Assembly: GCA_965205025.1 (NCBI GenBank)
Contig: CBDBFU010000020.1
Coordinates: forward strand, 32,001 to 96,000
DNA from: Candidatus Poribacteria bacterium
GTDB taxonomy: Bacteria > Poribacteria > WGA-4E > WGA-3G
Direction: 5' to 3'
DNA: 64,000 nucleotides
Part shown: one piece after another, positions 1-10,600 of the stretch
Layout of the letters: each line of letters starts with the position of its first letter
Numbering within the stretch: position 1 is the first letter of the stretch
Position numbers and translations under genes: made by a program
Notes under the pieces: model-generated
Databases searched by the model: none
Seen by the model: the letters and a program-made list of their open reading frames with translations, nothing else
What the model was told of the DNA's origin: nothing

Positions 1-1708
1 GGCTCAATTGTGAAATCTTCCAATGCTTTCCACTGTCAGTCGTATGAAGAAGCGTACCGAAAATACCTGTAACCCATCCTTCAAATCGAGATGTAAAATG
101 AATATCGAAGAGATTGGCTGATACACCACTATTTTGTGTTTCCCAAGTTTGTCCTCCATTGGTCGTATGTAGGATTTCTCCACCACTACCTGCACACCAT
201 CCTGTCAATTCATCTATAAAAAAAACAGTGAGTAGATCCTGATTACTGTTAGATGTTTGTTTTTCCCAAACAGCACCCCCGTTTGATGTATGAAGAATGA
301 TACCTGCTTCCGCTACTGCCCACCCTTCATCAGGTGTGATAAAATACGTACCACCAAAACATTCTGGAGTTCGACTATCTTGAGATTTCCATACAGCACC
401 ACTATTGTCAGTCTGGAGTATAGTTCCTCTATCTCCGACAACATAAGCTTCAGTTTCAGATACGGTACAAATATCAAATAATAAATGTGTTGGATTTGAT
501 TGAGATTCCCATGTTATACCACCATTACGTGTATGAAGAATAGTTCCGTTCTCACCAACAACCCAGCCTTCTTTATTTGATATAAAATCCAAACCTAATA
601 ACAACCCGTCGGCACTGTTATGAAATCGGGGTCCACCTCGTTGATGTTTCCATTTCCTTACATTATCTTTATCAATCTCAAAGGATGTATGAAGAATTAC
701 TCCCAAATCTCCAACAATCCATCCATTTTCTCGATCAGAAAAGTCTACATTATATAGTGTAAATGTGTGTAAGGGTTCATTTCCAAGATGTTCTGGTTGT
801 CCGTACTCCTCTTTATGTCTAATATTACTTCCCTTGGTGATGTCTACCCAATTTTCACCACCATCAGAAGTTGAATATATTGCACGTTTATCACCAACGA
901 CCCATCCAGTTTTCAAATCAATGAAATGTATTCCGAATAATGCCCTGTCTGTTTCAAATTGTTTAGACCATGTTTGACCACCATCGTTCGTATGAAATAT
1001 ATTTCCTGGATTGTTTATATCTTCTGGATTACTGGATGTAATTATCCAACCATGGTTTTTATCAATAAAATGTATAGCTTTTAATGACTCTTGTTTAAAA
1101 GAATTCGATTCAACTATCTGAAATGATTTTCCTTTGTCATTGGTTTTGAGAAGTGTACCCCATTCTCCAACAATCCATCCTATCTCTTCATCTATGTAAA
1201 TACCATTTAAATTAGATTGTGTATTCGATTGAATTCTATTCCAGGTGTCTCCACCATCAGTCGTGTGAATAATGATGCCATCTTCACCAATACTCCAACC
1301 ATTCTCTGAAGATTTGAAAAACACTTTTTTTAATGGTTTTCCAAAAATACCACTATTTTGTATTTTCCAATCTTCTCCTCCATTCTGAGTATGGAGAATA
1401 ATACTCTCTGTTTCATCAGATAAAGAGCCATCTACATCATTTGAGAGACTGTTTATTCCGTGATGTGAAGAAATTCCAACTGCATTTCCAACAATCCACC
1501 CCTCTTTTTCAGATATGAAGTAAACATCATATAGATGTGCACTCCAATCACCTTTTAATACAGTTTTCCATTCGCCTCTTACATTTTTTTGGGTATTAGA
1601 GCAGCCTACAATTAGGAATAAACCGATTATATTTATCAGAAATAGTGAAAAATATAATGGATAAATGTAATTATTCTGATTGTTTCTCAAAAAGGACTTC
1701 GCTGACAT
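1..1708 (-). CDS. YCF48-like / BNR-repeat beta-propeller lipoprotein, runs off the left edge
   Basis: Missing from the ORF track. Manual translation gives ...LFLIVGCSNTQK...LYDVYFISEKEGWIVG with repeated F.D...GW.VG and HTxDGG.TW motifs. Start is ATG 1708 or TTG 1690, overlapping the dapB stop. Confidence 0.8.
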   Translation of the reverse strand, partial: MSAKSFLRNNQNNYIYPLYFSLFLINIIGLFLIVGCSNTQKNVRGEWKTVLKGDWSAHLYDVYFISEKEGWIVGNAVGISSHHGINSLSNDVDGSLSDETESIILHTQNGGEDWKIQNSGIFGKPLKKVFFKSSENGWSIGEDGIIIHTTDGGDTWNRIQSNTQSNLNGIYIDEEIGWIVGEWGTLLKTNDKGKSFQIVESNSFKQESLKAIHFIDKNHGWIITSSNPEDINNPGNIFHTNDGGQTWSKQFETDRALFGIHFIDLKTGWVVGDKRAIYSTSDGGENWVDITKGSNIRHKEEYGQPEHLGNEPLHTFTLYNVDFSDRENGWIVGDLGVILHTSFEIDKDNVRKWKHQRGGPRFHNSADGLLLGLDFISNKEGWVVGENGTILHTRNGGITWESQSNPTHLLFDICTVSETEAYVVGDRGTILQTDNSGAVWKSQDSRTPECFGGTYFITPDEGWAVAEAGIILHTSNGGAVWEKQTSNSNQDLLTVFFIDELTGWCAGSGGEILHTTNGGQTWETQNSGVSANLFDIHFTSRFEGWVTGIFGTLLHTTDSGKHWKISQLS

Positions 1709-2483
1709 CGTGTAATCCTCTTGAGGCATTTACAACCCATCTTGCTGCACGAATTGCACCTTTAGCAAAAGCTTCAGGACTGTGGGCGCGATGAACAACA
1801 CTTAATGTTTCTCCTTCAGTGGCAAACATTACAGTATGATCACCGGCTATATCCCCGCCGCGAATTGCATGGACACCTATCTGTTTATGGGGACGGGCAC
1901 CAACAATACCATGTCTCCCATAGACACCCACTTCTGATAAATCCCTATCAAGTGCATTTGCGACTGTTTCAGCTAATCTAAGGGCTGTACCACTTGGAGA
2001 ATCTGCTTTATGATTGTGATGTGCTTCAATCACTTCAATATCATAATCATCCCCAAGTGCCTTTGCAACCAATTCTAACGCTTGTATCATGACATTAATA
2101 CCGAGACTCATGTTTGGAGCCATGACACATCTGATCTTTGAGGCTAATTCATGAACAGTTGATTGTTCTGACGAACTAAATCCTGTTGTGGCGATTACCA
2201 TTGCTTTGTCAGCTTCTACAACCTGACGTAGGTGTTTAATTGTTGCTTCTGGTTTTGAGAATTCGATGATTACATCTGCAGTATCCAATACAGTTTTTAG
2301 ATCATCAGTAATAGGAACTCCAATTTGATTGATTCCTGCAATTACACCTGCATCACTTCCAAGATCTGGATGTTCCGAAAACTCAATTGCCCCAACTATT
2401 TCCATATCTTCTTGTAGTGATACCCCTTGGATAATTAATCTACCCATTCTGCCACAAGCACCATTAACAACTACATTTACCAT
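1671..2483 (-). CDS. dapB: 4-hydroxy-tetrahydrodipicolinate reductase
   Basis: GACGRMG Rossmann motif, EAHHNHKADSPSGTA catalytic motif, IRGGDIAGDH. Confidence 0.97.
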   Translation of the reverse strand: MVNVVVNGACGRMGRLIIQGVSLQEDMEIVGAIEFSEHPDLGSDAGVIAGINQIGVPITDDLKTVLDTADVIIEFSKPEATIKHLRQVVEADKAMVIATTGFSSSEQSTVHELASKIRCVMAPNMSLGINVMIQALELVAKALGDDYDIEVIEAHHNHKADSPSGTALRLAETVANALDRDLSEVGVYGRHGIVGARPHKQIGVHAIRGGDIAGDHTVMFATEGETLSVVHRAHSPEAFAKGAIRAARWVVNASRGLHDVSEVLFEKQSE

Positions 2484-2779
2484 TGTTTTGTCCTATACCC
2501 TTATAAATTATCTTTTTGAATTGTATGTCAGGGTCATAATCAATGTGTATTTATATATTTATTCAGTATATCATAAAGGACTTAAAACAACAACAAAACT
2601 AACTTATACGGATGTGTAAAGTTTTTGTCACTAAACGTTATGCTGCTATTGCATCTGGATACCAATATTTATCTCAAGTATCATCTTTAGTATTCATCTC
2701 AACTCCAGATATGTTAGATGTATGGATACTATGTATTATAAAAAACTGTTAATTTTTATCGTCTTGAAATGTATACACT

Positions 2780-2897
2780 TTCACGGAAACCTTCACGGAG
2801 CAATTTTACGATCCCTTATTCTATAAGGGTTTATAATTTCAATTAGACCTATTCTCCGTGAATCACATACGTTAATTACTCTATAACTTAATTGTGT
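2780..2897. repeat. ~115-bp dispersed palindromic element (family C), copy 1
   Basis: ttcacggaaaccttcacggag...cccttattctataaggg...ctccgtgaatcacatacgtta; recurs at 22526-22636 (direct) and 22845-22962 (inverted). Confidence 0.85.
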
Positions 2898-2929
2898 GTT
2901 GAGTGCTTATATGTTTTCATACGAAGTGT

Positions 2930-3007
2930 ATTGACACATAGCACTCCGCTGGAGTGCCAGACTGTTCCGATATTGTTTTCTATAGACATAGTACTCCGCT
3001 GGAGAAC
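2930..3007 (+). repeat. REP-like hairpin doublet (family A)
   Basis: cata-gcactcc-gct-ggagtgc and ctatagacata-gtactcc-gct-ggag, 50 nt apart. Confidence 0.85.
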
Positions 3008-4120
3008 GGTATTTTTGATATACAAAACTGAATAAAAAATAGATTTATTATTAGATACTCAGTTTCCTCTGAATTAGAATTGTCCAATTTCGGCTTTGTA
3101 TATAATTGGCATATATTGGTCTTGAGAATTTTCTTCAATAACTCATATTTCTGATTGTTATAAAGGTGTAAAAACAGAGATTTAATCCTAATATACATAC
3201 AAAAAACAGTGTATAAAAACATACATTTAATCCTAAATACTCAGACAGTAGATCATGTTGTTGTGGCGTTCTCAATGCATCGAAAAAATGAAAAAAGTTA
3301 CACTTTTTGTCACACGGTGTGACATTGAAATTGGTGTAATTTACCCCTATAACCGCTGTCATAGACTGGCTTTATTCCACTTTGAATTGACTTTATAAGA
3401 AATTCGAAAAAATGTGATTTGTGTTATTGTTGTGCTTTCTGATTTTGACATTCTCAATGGTTATAAAGGTATGCTTTTTTGACGTATATGAAACTTTGTA
3501 ATTAGGATCGTTTTTATAGATAGTCATCATTTATTTTCCTTTATAATTTTGTATGAATTTATTTCATTTTGACAAATATTATTAATGTGTTTTCTATTTT
3601 GTGATATGTATGTTAGTTGTTAGAGATGGGTGTTTTCTTCATTTTTTTATGTTTGATTGGTTTTATTATCTTCTTGTTAATGTCATATACTTTACACACA
3701 TGTTAGTTATACCATTTCTATAGATTATTGTCTCATTAGGCGGTTATTATGGTAGTCATTTTTCAGGTAGCAAACTGAATGTTTGTGGTACAAAAAAGAG
3801 ACATTTTCAATTAGAAATGGTATTACATCTAAAAACATTTATCTAACTAACGTTATATATAAGTTATATAACGACTAAAAAATTATTGAAGAATCATAAA
3901 AAATAATGGTCCAAATATAACTAAAAATATAATTTGATAAAAACTTAAAATTGGCGTATTATAACTGTATAATTATGGCAACACCTTGACGCACATATAT
4001 ATGGAGACCACCAACGCTATAGGGTAAAGATATGGTTATTCATAAATGTAAACAGTGGTGTGAATAAAGTCTCCAATCACATATATATATATAGATTAAT
4101 CTTTTTCCACACAAATCGAC

Positions 4121-4251
4121 TTTATGGGTGGACACAGACTAACTGTCTATGGGACAACACCGATCAAAAACGAAGGATTCCTACTGGACAAGTAGCAACT
4201 TAGGTTAAATTATGAAACATCAGCCATTTTTGGCAAGGTATTGCATTATAA
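4121..4251 (+). promoter_or_regulatory. Conserved ~130-nt upstream element, copy 1 (candidate cis-regulatory RNA or promoter module)
   Basis: Aligns by eye at roughly 80-85% identity with 19506-19633; both copies lie just upstream of a + strand gene. Confidence 0.6.
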
Positions 4252-4268
4252 CGAAGGGTAAAAGATAA

Positions 4269-6369
4269 ATGAAGTATTTGAAATTTGTTATTTTCTGTGT
4301 CTTGTGTGTTGTTTTATTTCCGCTTATAACGCGTGCGAAAACTGTGAGTATTCCCGATACTAATTTGCGTGTTGCAATTGAAAAAGCACTTGGGAAATCG
4401 TCTGGAGCGACGATCACAGTGGATGATATGGCGACGTTGACATTTCTTGAAGCGGAGCATGCGGATATTCGTGATTTGACAGGTTTGGAATATGCGGTTC
4501 GTCTGCGTGATCTTCGGGTTCGGCACAACGCGATATCCGATCTGTCCCCACTTGCGGAGTTGCCCCAGTTGTTTAGGATATGGGTGGCACACAATATTAT
4601 CTCTGATCTGTCGCCGCTTTCGGATTTAATTAGCTTGGAGGATTTGGGACTTGAAAACAACTTGATTTCTGATATTTCACCCTTGAAAAATTTGATAAAC
4701 GTGTGGGGTGTAAATATCAGCCATAATGCGGTAACAAACTTATCCCCGCTCGCGGGTTTAACGAAACTGCGTTGGATAGGCATATCGGAGAACCCATTGG
4801 GTGATCTATCCCCGTTAGCAGAACTGCGGAGTTTGCGAAGTTTTCATTCTTGGGGCACGCCGATTGTAAATCTATCAGCGTTATCCGAATTGCCGACCCT
4901 TCAGGTGCTTGACATCTGTGGCGGCGAACTTACAGATATTTCAGCCATAGCAAGTATGACACAGTTGAGAGAGTTGTATCTTGTTGGGAACAGCATATCA
5001 GATATATCTGTATTGTCGGGGTTGCCATATCTCCAGCGTTTGAACCTTGATGGTAATTTGATAGAGGACATCTCATCGCTTTCAGGCTTATCCAACTTGC
5101 GATGGGTAAATATTAGCCATAATAAAGTATCAGATATATCGGCTTTAGAAGGATTAGGTTCAGGTGTATCAATCATTTACCACGATAACCCCGCGTTTCC
5201 ACTGGGGGGGTCCCAAAATAGCCGGGCCGTGGCTATGGCTACTTGTTCCGGGTAATCGCGTGGGTGATGGTGATATGTTATCTGTTGCCAGCGAGGGTCG
5301 CGTAACAGAGCAGAAAGTTGCGACAGTTGGTGCAGCCGAAGGCAAGCATGTGGGTGACGCGACGTGGATAGCCGACAACATCACTGCATCAGGACATAAT
5401 AATATCGGTGAAATGGTGCGATCTAACGGTTTAGGAACTGGTGTTGTCTACGGTTCTACGACATTACAATCGCCGCGTGAACAAGCCACGCGTATGTTTG
5501 TCGGTTCCCGTGATGGTGTAAAGGTATGGTTGAACGGTAATCTCGTCTATCAGAAGGCGAGTGGTCACTGGTTTGTCGACTACCATTTTTTTACCCCTGT
5601 CACGCTTGAAATGGGGACAAATGTATTGTTAGTGATGCTTGACAATCGCCCGCATCACAGCGATCAGTGGCGCGCTTTTTTTGGGTTTGATACAAATGCG
5701 GTCTATACCGTGAATACCCCGATAAATCGGGATGAGATACCAGACTATGATGTGAATGAAGATGGACAGATAAACATTCTGGATCTGATTTTAGTCGGAC
5801 AATATATTGGCAAGAGCAACCCGACCAATACGCGTGCAGATGTCAATGGTGATGGACGCGTCAATATAACCGATCTCGTGATGGTTGCCAATCACCTTGG
5901 TGAAATCACGGGGATACCCTCGTCTCCTGCTATGCTTACACTTCGGACAAACGGGTTAGAGCCAGTGATAATACAATCATGGATAACACAAGCACAAGCG
6001 TCAGATGATGGCACACTCGTATACCGTCAAGGGATAGTGAACCTTCAACGACTTCTTGAAATCCTTTCTATTCCCAAGCAAACAGCATTACTTCCAAATT
6101 ATCCGAACCCATTTAACCCAGAGACGTGGATACCGTATCAACTTGCGACATCAGCCAATGTAACCTTGACAATCTACACAGCAGCAGGTCAGGTCGTCAG
6201 AACGCTTGAACTGGGGAATATGATAGCAGGTCTCTATCAAACGAAAAGCCGTGCTGCGTATTGGGATGGTAAAAACAATGTCGGTGAGCTTGTTTCAAGC
6301 GGTCTCTATTTCTATGTGCTGACCGCAGGTGATTTCACTGCATCGCGTAAAATGTTGATCATAAAATAG
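4269..6369 (+). pseudogene. Secreted internalin-type LRR + beta-sandwich + dockerin + FlgD-Ig/T9SS-like C-terminal protein, split by one extra G in a G7 tract
   Basis: ORFs 4269-5255 and 5164-6369 join at G7 (5204-5210); G6 would restore PLGGPKIAGPW, matching GGPKIVGPW of the paralog near 10296. Signal peptide, IPDTNLR cap, ISDLSPL repeats, DVNEDGQINILDL dockerin. Confidence 0.85.
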
Positions 6370-6497
6370 TATCATAAGACCATAGGATAGCTGGAATGCT
6401 GATGTTTATTAGCTTCCCAGTGATCATTAATGAATGGGTTAAAGTGTTTCGTCATTGAAACATCCCTTGAGGTATTCCATAACCGGCTGAGTGTTCT

Positions 6498-6730
6498 TCA
6501 CACCAGAGGTGTGATATGTCTATAGAAAACCGATACACGCTGAGCGCGCGCACTCCAGCGGAGTGCTATGTATCTCAAATCTCTTGGATTCGTCAGAACA
6601 AGCTATTAGATCCAGGAGCGGGGACTGCAGACTAAGGAACCAGAATTAACCTCTTATAGACATAGCACTCCGCTGGAGTGCATTAAGGGTGTGGTGTTTC
6701 TTCTATAGACATATTGCTCCGCTGGAGCAA
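6498..6730. repeat. Four family-A REP-like hairpins (reverse doublet then forward doublet)
   Basis: Units at 6498-6525 (rev), 6550-6572 (rev), 6654-6681, 6703-6730. Confidence 0.9.
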
Positions 6731-6940
6731 AGAATAGATCGTCCGTGATGCAAATACATCTACACGTTAGATTGAATCATACTAATAGTATAAGTCCTAT
6801 GGTCATTTGATACAAACTATAAGTAAAAGTTGACGCAATGAGTAGTCTTGGACTTAAAAATATCGCCTAAAAAGTGCTCGCTTACTGAGTACGTGACCTT
6901 TGGGAGTGCTGCTCCCACTACAATACGAGGTAAATAAACG

Positions 6941-7624
6941 ATGCGAATGTATGCCGTTCTATTCTCTATCACAATCCTGTTTTGCGGATGCACTTCAATT
7001 TCTACCAAGCTTTTTTCAGAAGATACGAGACCTTATGATTTTGGTAAAAGCCGTTGGGGATATTCTCCCAAACAGGTCGAACTGATAATGCATCAACAAC
7101 AAGGTGCTACACCTATTATGAGAAGGTCAGATGTGATTATCTATAGCGTTAGCATTAATGGTGTGCCTGCCTTATGCGTTTACACTTTCAAAGATAAGAA
7201 ACTAAGAACCGCAGGTTATATGACACGCGGGGCTGTTAAAGGTAAAGAAAAACATAGATTTTCTAAACTTAGTGTTTCTAAATATGGTGAACCAACAAAG
7301 GATAATTATGCTGGAATGGTTTGGAAAACCCCTGACTATCGTACCATTATATTTGCTAACGATTATATATCAGATATAAAAACGAACCCCTCGGAATATA
7401 CGATGAAGACATCAGGTGGTGTGCTTTCACACCTACAACTAAATTTGCCTAAAACACATCCTGGAACAATAGTACGTTGGGATGGTGTTTGGACATATAT
7501 TGATAGACAATTTTACAATGAACTACACGAAATTGAATTTCCATTATTGGAGTTGTCTTTCTACGAAAAAGTGCTGTTTGGCATAATAGAAAAACGCCTA
7601 TTACTACAACGTTGTGGATATTAG
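6941..7624 (+). CDS. Hypothetical lipoprotein
   Basis: 227-aa ORF, GAGG RBS, hydrophobic N-terminus with lipobox-like FCGC. Confidence 0.7.
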   Translation: MRMYAVLFSITILFCGCTSISTKLFSEDTRPYDFGKSRWGYSPKQVELIMHQQQGATPIMRRSDVIIYSVSINGVPALCVYTFKDKKLRTAGYMTRGAVKGKEKHRFSKLSVSKYGEPTKDNYAGMVWKTPDYRTIIFANDYISDIKTNPSEYTMKTSGGVLSHLQLNLPKTHPGTIVRWDGVWTYIDRQFYNELHEIEFPLLELSFYEKVLFGIIEKRLLLQRCGY

Positions 7625-7657
7625 CTTGACTTAAACACATTATAAAGGGAGAACCAC

Positions 7658-10600
7658 ATGAAAAGACAGATATTTTGGCTGGCACTCAGTTATCTGCTTA
7701 TTGTAAGCTTAGGTTATAACATAGCCATTGCACAACAACCGATCGCACAGCAGGCGTATAGTGTTATTGAAAAACATTGTCTTGGCTGTCACGGCGAGTT
7801 TGGAACGTTTACGGAAGACCTTATCATAACATATCCTACGTTGATTTCAAGTGGTCTTGTTATACCGGGGAATCCTACTGGTTCAGAGTTTTATCAGCGA
7901 TTACTGGGGCCGACGGACAACGGTCCGCGGATGCCACTCGGACAACCGCTCTCGGCTGATCTTATTGCAACGGTGCGGAAGTGGATTGAAATGGGGGCAC
8001 CCGATTGGAATAACATACCGCCACCCGATAAATCATTCATCTCTACAGATACAATACTTGATACGATAAGCACACATCTGAACACACTTCCGACTTTTAA
8101 TCGGTCGTATGTGCGGTATTTTACGATGACACATCTCTATAATGCTGGCACTACGCCTGATGTGCTACAGGTCTATCAAGAAGCACTTTCGAAGCTCGTG
8201 AATAGCCTTTCCTGGGGACGGACTGTTGTCAATCCGACACCGATTGACGAGGCAGAAACAATTTTCTACATTGATCTGCGGCATTACGAATGGGATGTGA
8301 GAAGTGATGCGTGGACACGCATTGAACAAACATATCCTTACAAACAACCGTTTGAAGCCGAAACCGAAGCAGAACAGCGACAAAAACTGACGAACCTACA
8401 GCAAGAGATGGACTGCGAAGTGCCTTTTGTTCAGGCGGATTGGTTCTTAGCAGCAGCGTCTCTACCACCGCTCTATCATGATATTCTCGCGTTGCCGGAT
8501 ACAGATACGGCATTAGAAAAACAGCTTGAAGTTGATGTTGCTGGTAATCTACAAACGGCGCCGGGGATACGCGTCTGGCGTGCCGGGTTCAATGATTCTG
8601 GTGTCTCCAATAATAATCGCGTTGTTGAAAGACATACCTCGCGATATGGTGCGTATTGGAAAAGTTATGATTTCGCGGGCAGTGTCGGCACACAGGACAT
8701 CTTTACACATCCGATCACTTTCAGACAAGATGGCGGTGAAGTCGTCTTTAATCTACCAAACGGCTTACAAGCGTATTATATCTCCGATGCTTCAGGGAAT
8801 AGACTTGATGACGCACCCATAGCCATTGTATCTAACCCTGCAGCCAGTGATCCAGTCGTCCGAAATGGTCTCTCCTGTTTCGGCTGCCATACCGAAGGTA
8901 TGAAAACATTTACGGACCAAGTGCGAGCCGTTATTGAAGATGAAGTAAATCCAAATTTCAATAAAACGCAAGCACTCGCACTTTATCCTGAAAAAGATGT
9001 GATGGATAGGCTGATTGAACAAGATAAACAGGTCTACAAAACAGCACTGGAGAAAACTGGTGGTCGTATCGGTGGGATTGAACCAATACACCGGTTCTAT
9101 GAAGTGTTCCTCAGTCCCCTTGATGCTGCACAGGCTGCAGCCGCAGTCGGATTACAAACAGACGCGTTCCGAGAACAGATAAACAAAAAGAATAGTTTAC
9201 AGGATTTAGGGCTGCTGGTGCTCACACAAGAAAATGGTACAATCAAACGTGATAAATGGACTGACGTGTTCGCACAAGTGCTGACAGTGCTACCCGAAGA
9301 TGTGTCTGAACCTATACCGCCTGATCCGATAGATGATGACCGACAAGATTACGTGCATATCCCTGACATAAACCTACGCGCAGCAATTGAAACAGCACTG
9401 AACAAGCCACAAGGTACACCTATTACTATCAACGACATGCAAACGCTGAGAACATTTGTCGCTGAAAATAAGGGTATCCAAAACTTGACAGGACTTCAAT
9501 TCGCAACGCAAGTGACATTGTTGAAATTAGGGAACAACGCAATTACGGATGTATCGCCCCTGGCTGAATTAACACAATTAGGGAGTATTCACCTATGGGG
9601 AAACAGAATAGCGGATATGACACCCCTGGCAAATCTAATAAACGCACACTGGTTAGGACTCGGAGATAATGCAATTACGGATATAACACCACTAAAAAAC
9701 CTCATAAAATTGACAGGATTAGATATTGGTAAAAACCCCATTTCAGATGTGTCTCCACTCGCAGATCTCATCAGTCTTACTGACTTATTTGCTGAGAATA
9801 TACAAGTGACGGATCTTTCCATGCTTGCAAGGATACCAAGACTCAAAAGACTTTCACTTGGGAATAACAAATCTATCACACAACTCCCAAATCTGACAGG
9901 CATAAAAACGTTGACACGCTTGGATATTATTAACACCAGCATCAAAGATATTTCCGCACTCAGCACATTTACACAACTAAAAACCTTAGACCTATATGGA
10001 AACTTGATTGAGGATATAACACCGATCGCACCTTTAGTAAACTTGACACGATTGCACCTCAGCGACAACATCATAGAAGATATATCTCCGCTTTCAGAAC
10101 TTACGCAGTTGAAAAAATTATATCTTCATTCCAATATCATATCAGATGTGACGTCTCTTGCCGGTCTAACAAACTTGGAACATTTACACCTAAATAACAA
10201 TGTGATCACCGACTTTTCACCTTTGGAAGCGCTTGCGAAAACGATTTCTGATTTTCGCACAGAGGGCAACCCTGGTTCTACTACTATTGGTATAGGCGGT
10301 CCCAAAATAGTGGGGCCGTGGTTATGGATGATCGTTCCTACACGTGATACAGAGAGTGCAGATGCTGCTCGCAGAAACATAGATTATCTCGCACAAGTCA
10401 GTGGCGGCGTTGTTACAGAGCTGGGTATCGCAACACATGGCGCAATAGAAGGTGATCCTGTCGGTGATAAAGTATGGACACTTAGTAAAATCTCGCCAAC
10501 AGATGGGAATAATATCAACACATTGGCAAATGCTACCGGGTTGGGAGCAGGTGATATAAATCGTCATGTCGCATACGGTTCTATCCTACTACACGCCCCA

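Noticed and set aside
3010-4110. Long AT-rich non-coding stretch as a possible replication origin or hidden gene
   Set aside because: Only imperfect DnaA-box-like words and no dnaA/gidA context; the short ORFs have no recognisable motifs
4230-4246. Sigma54 -24/-12 promoter (TGGC...TTGC) within the duplicated element
   Set aside because: Spacing is GG-N9-GC in copy 1 and GG-N10-GA in copy 2; neither fits GG-N10-GC
6498-6730. Hairpin repeats at ~50-nt spacing as a CRISPR array
   Set aside because: Only 2-3 units per run, mixed orientations, variable stems and no cas genes
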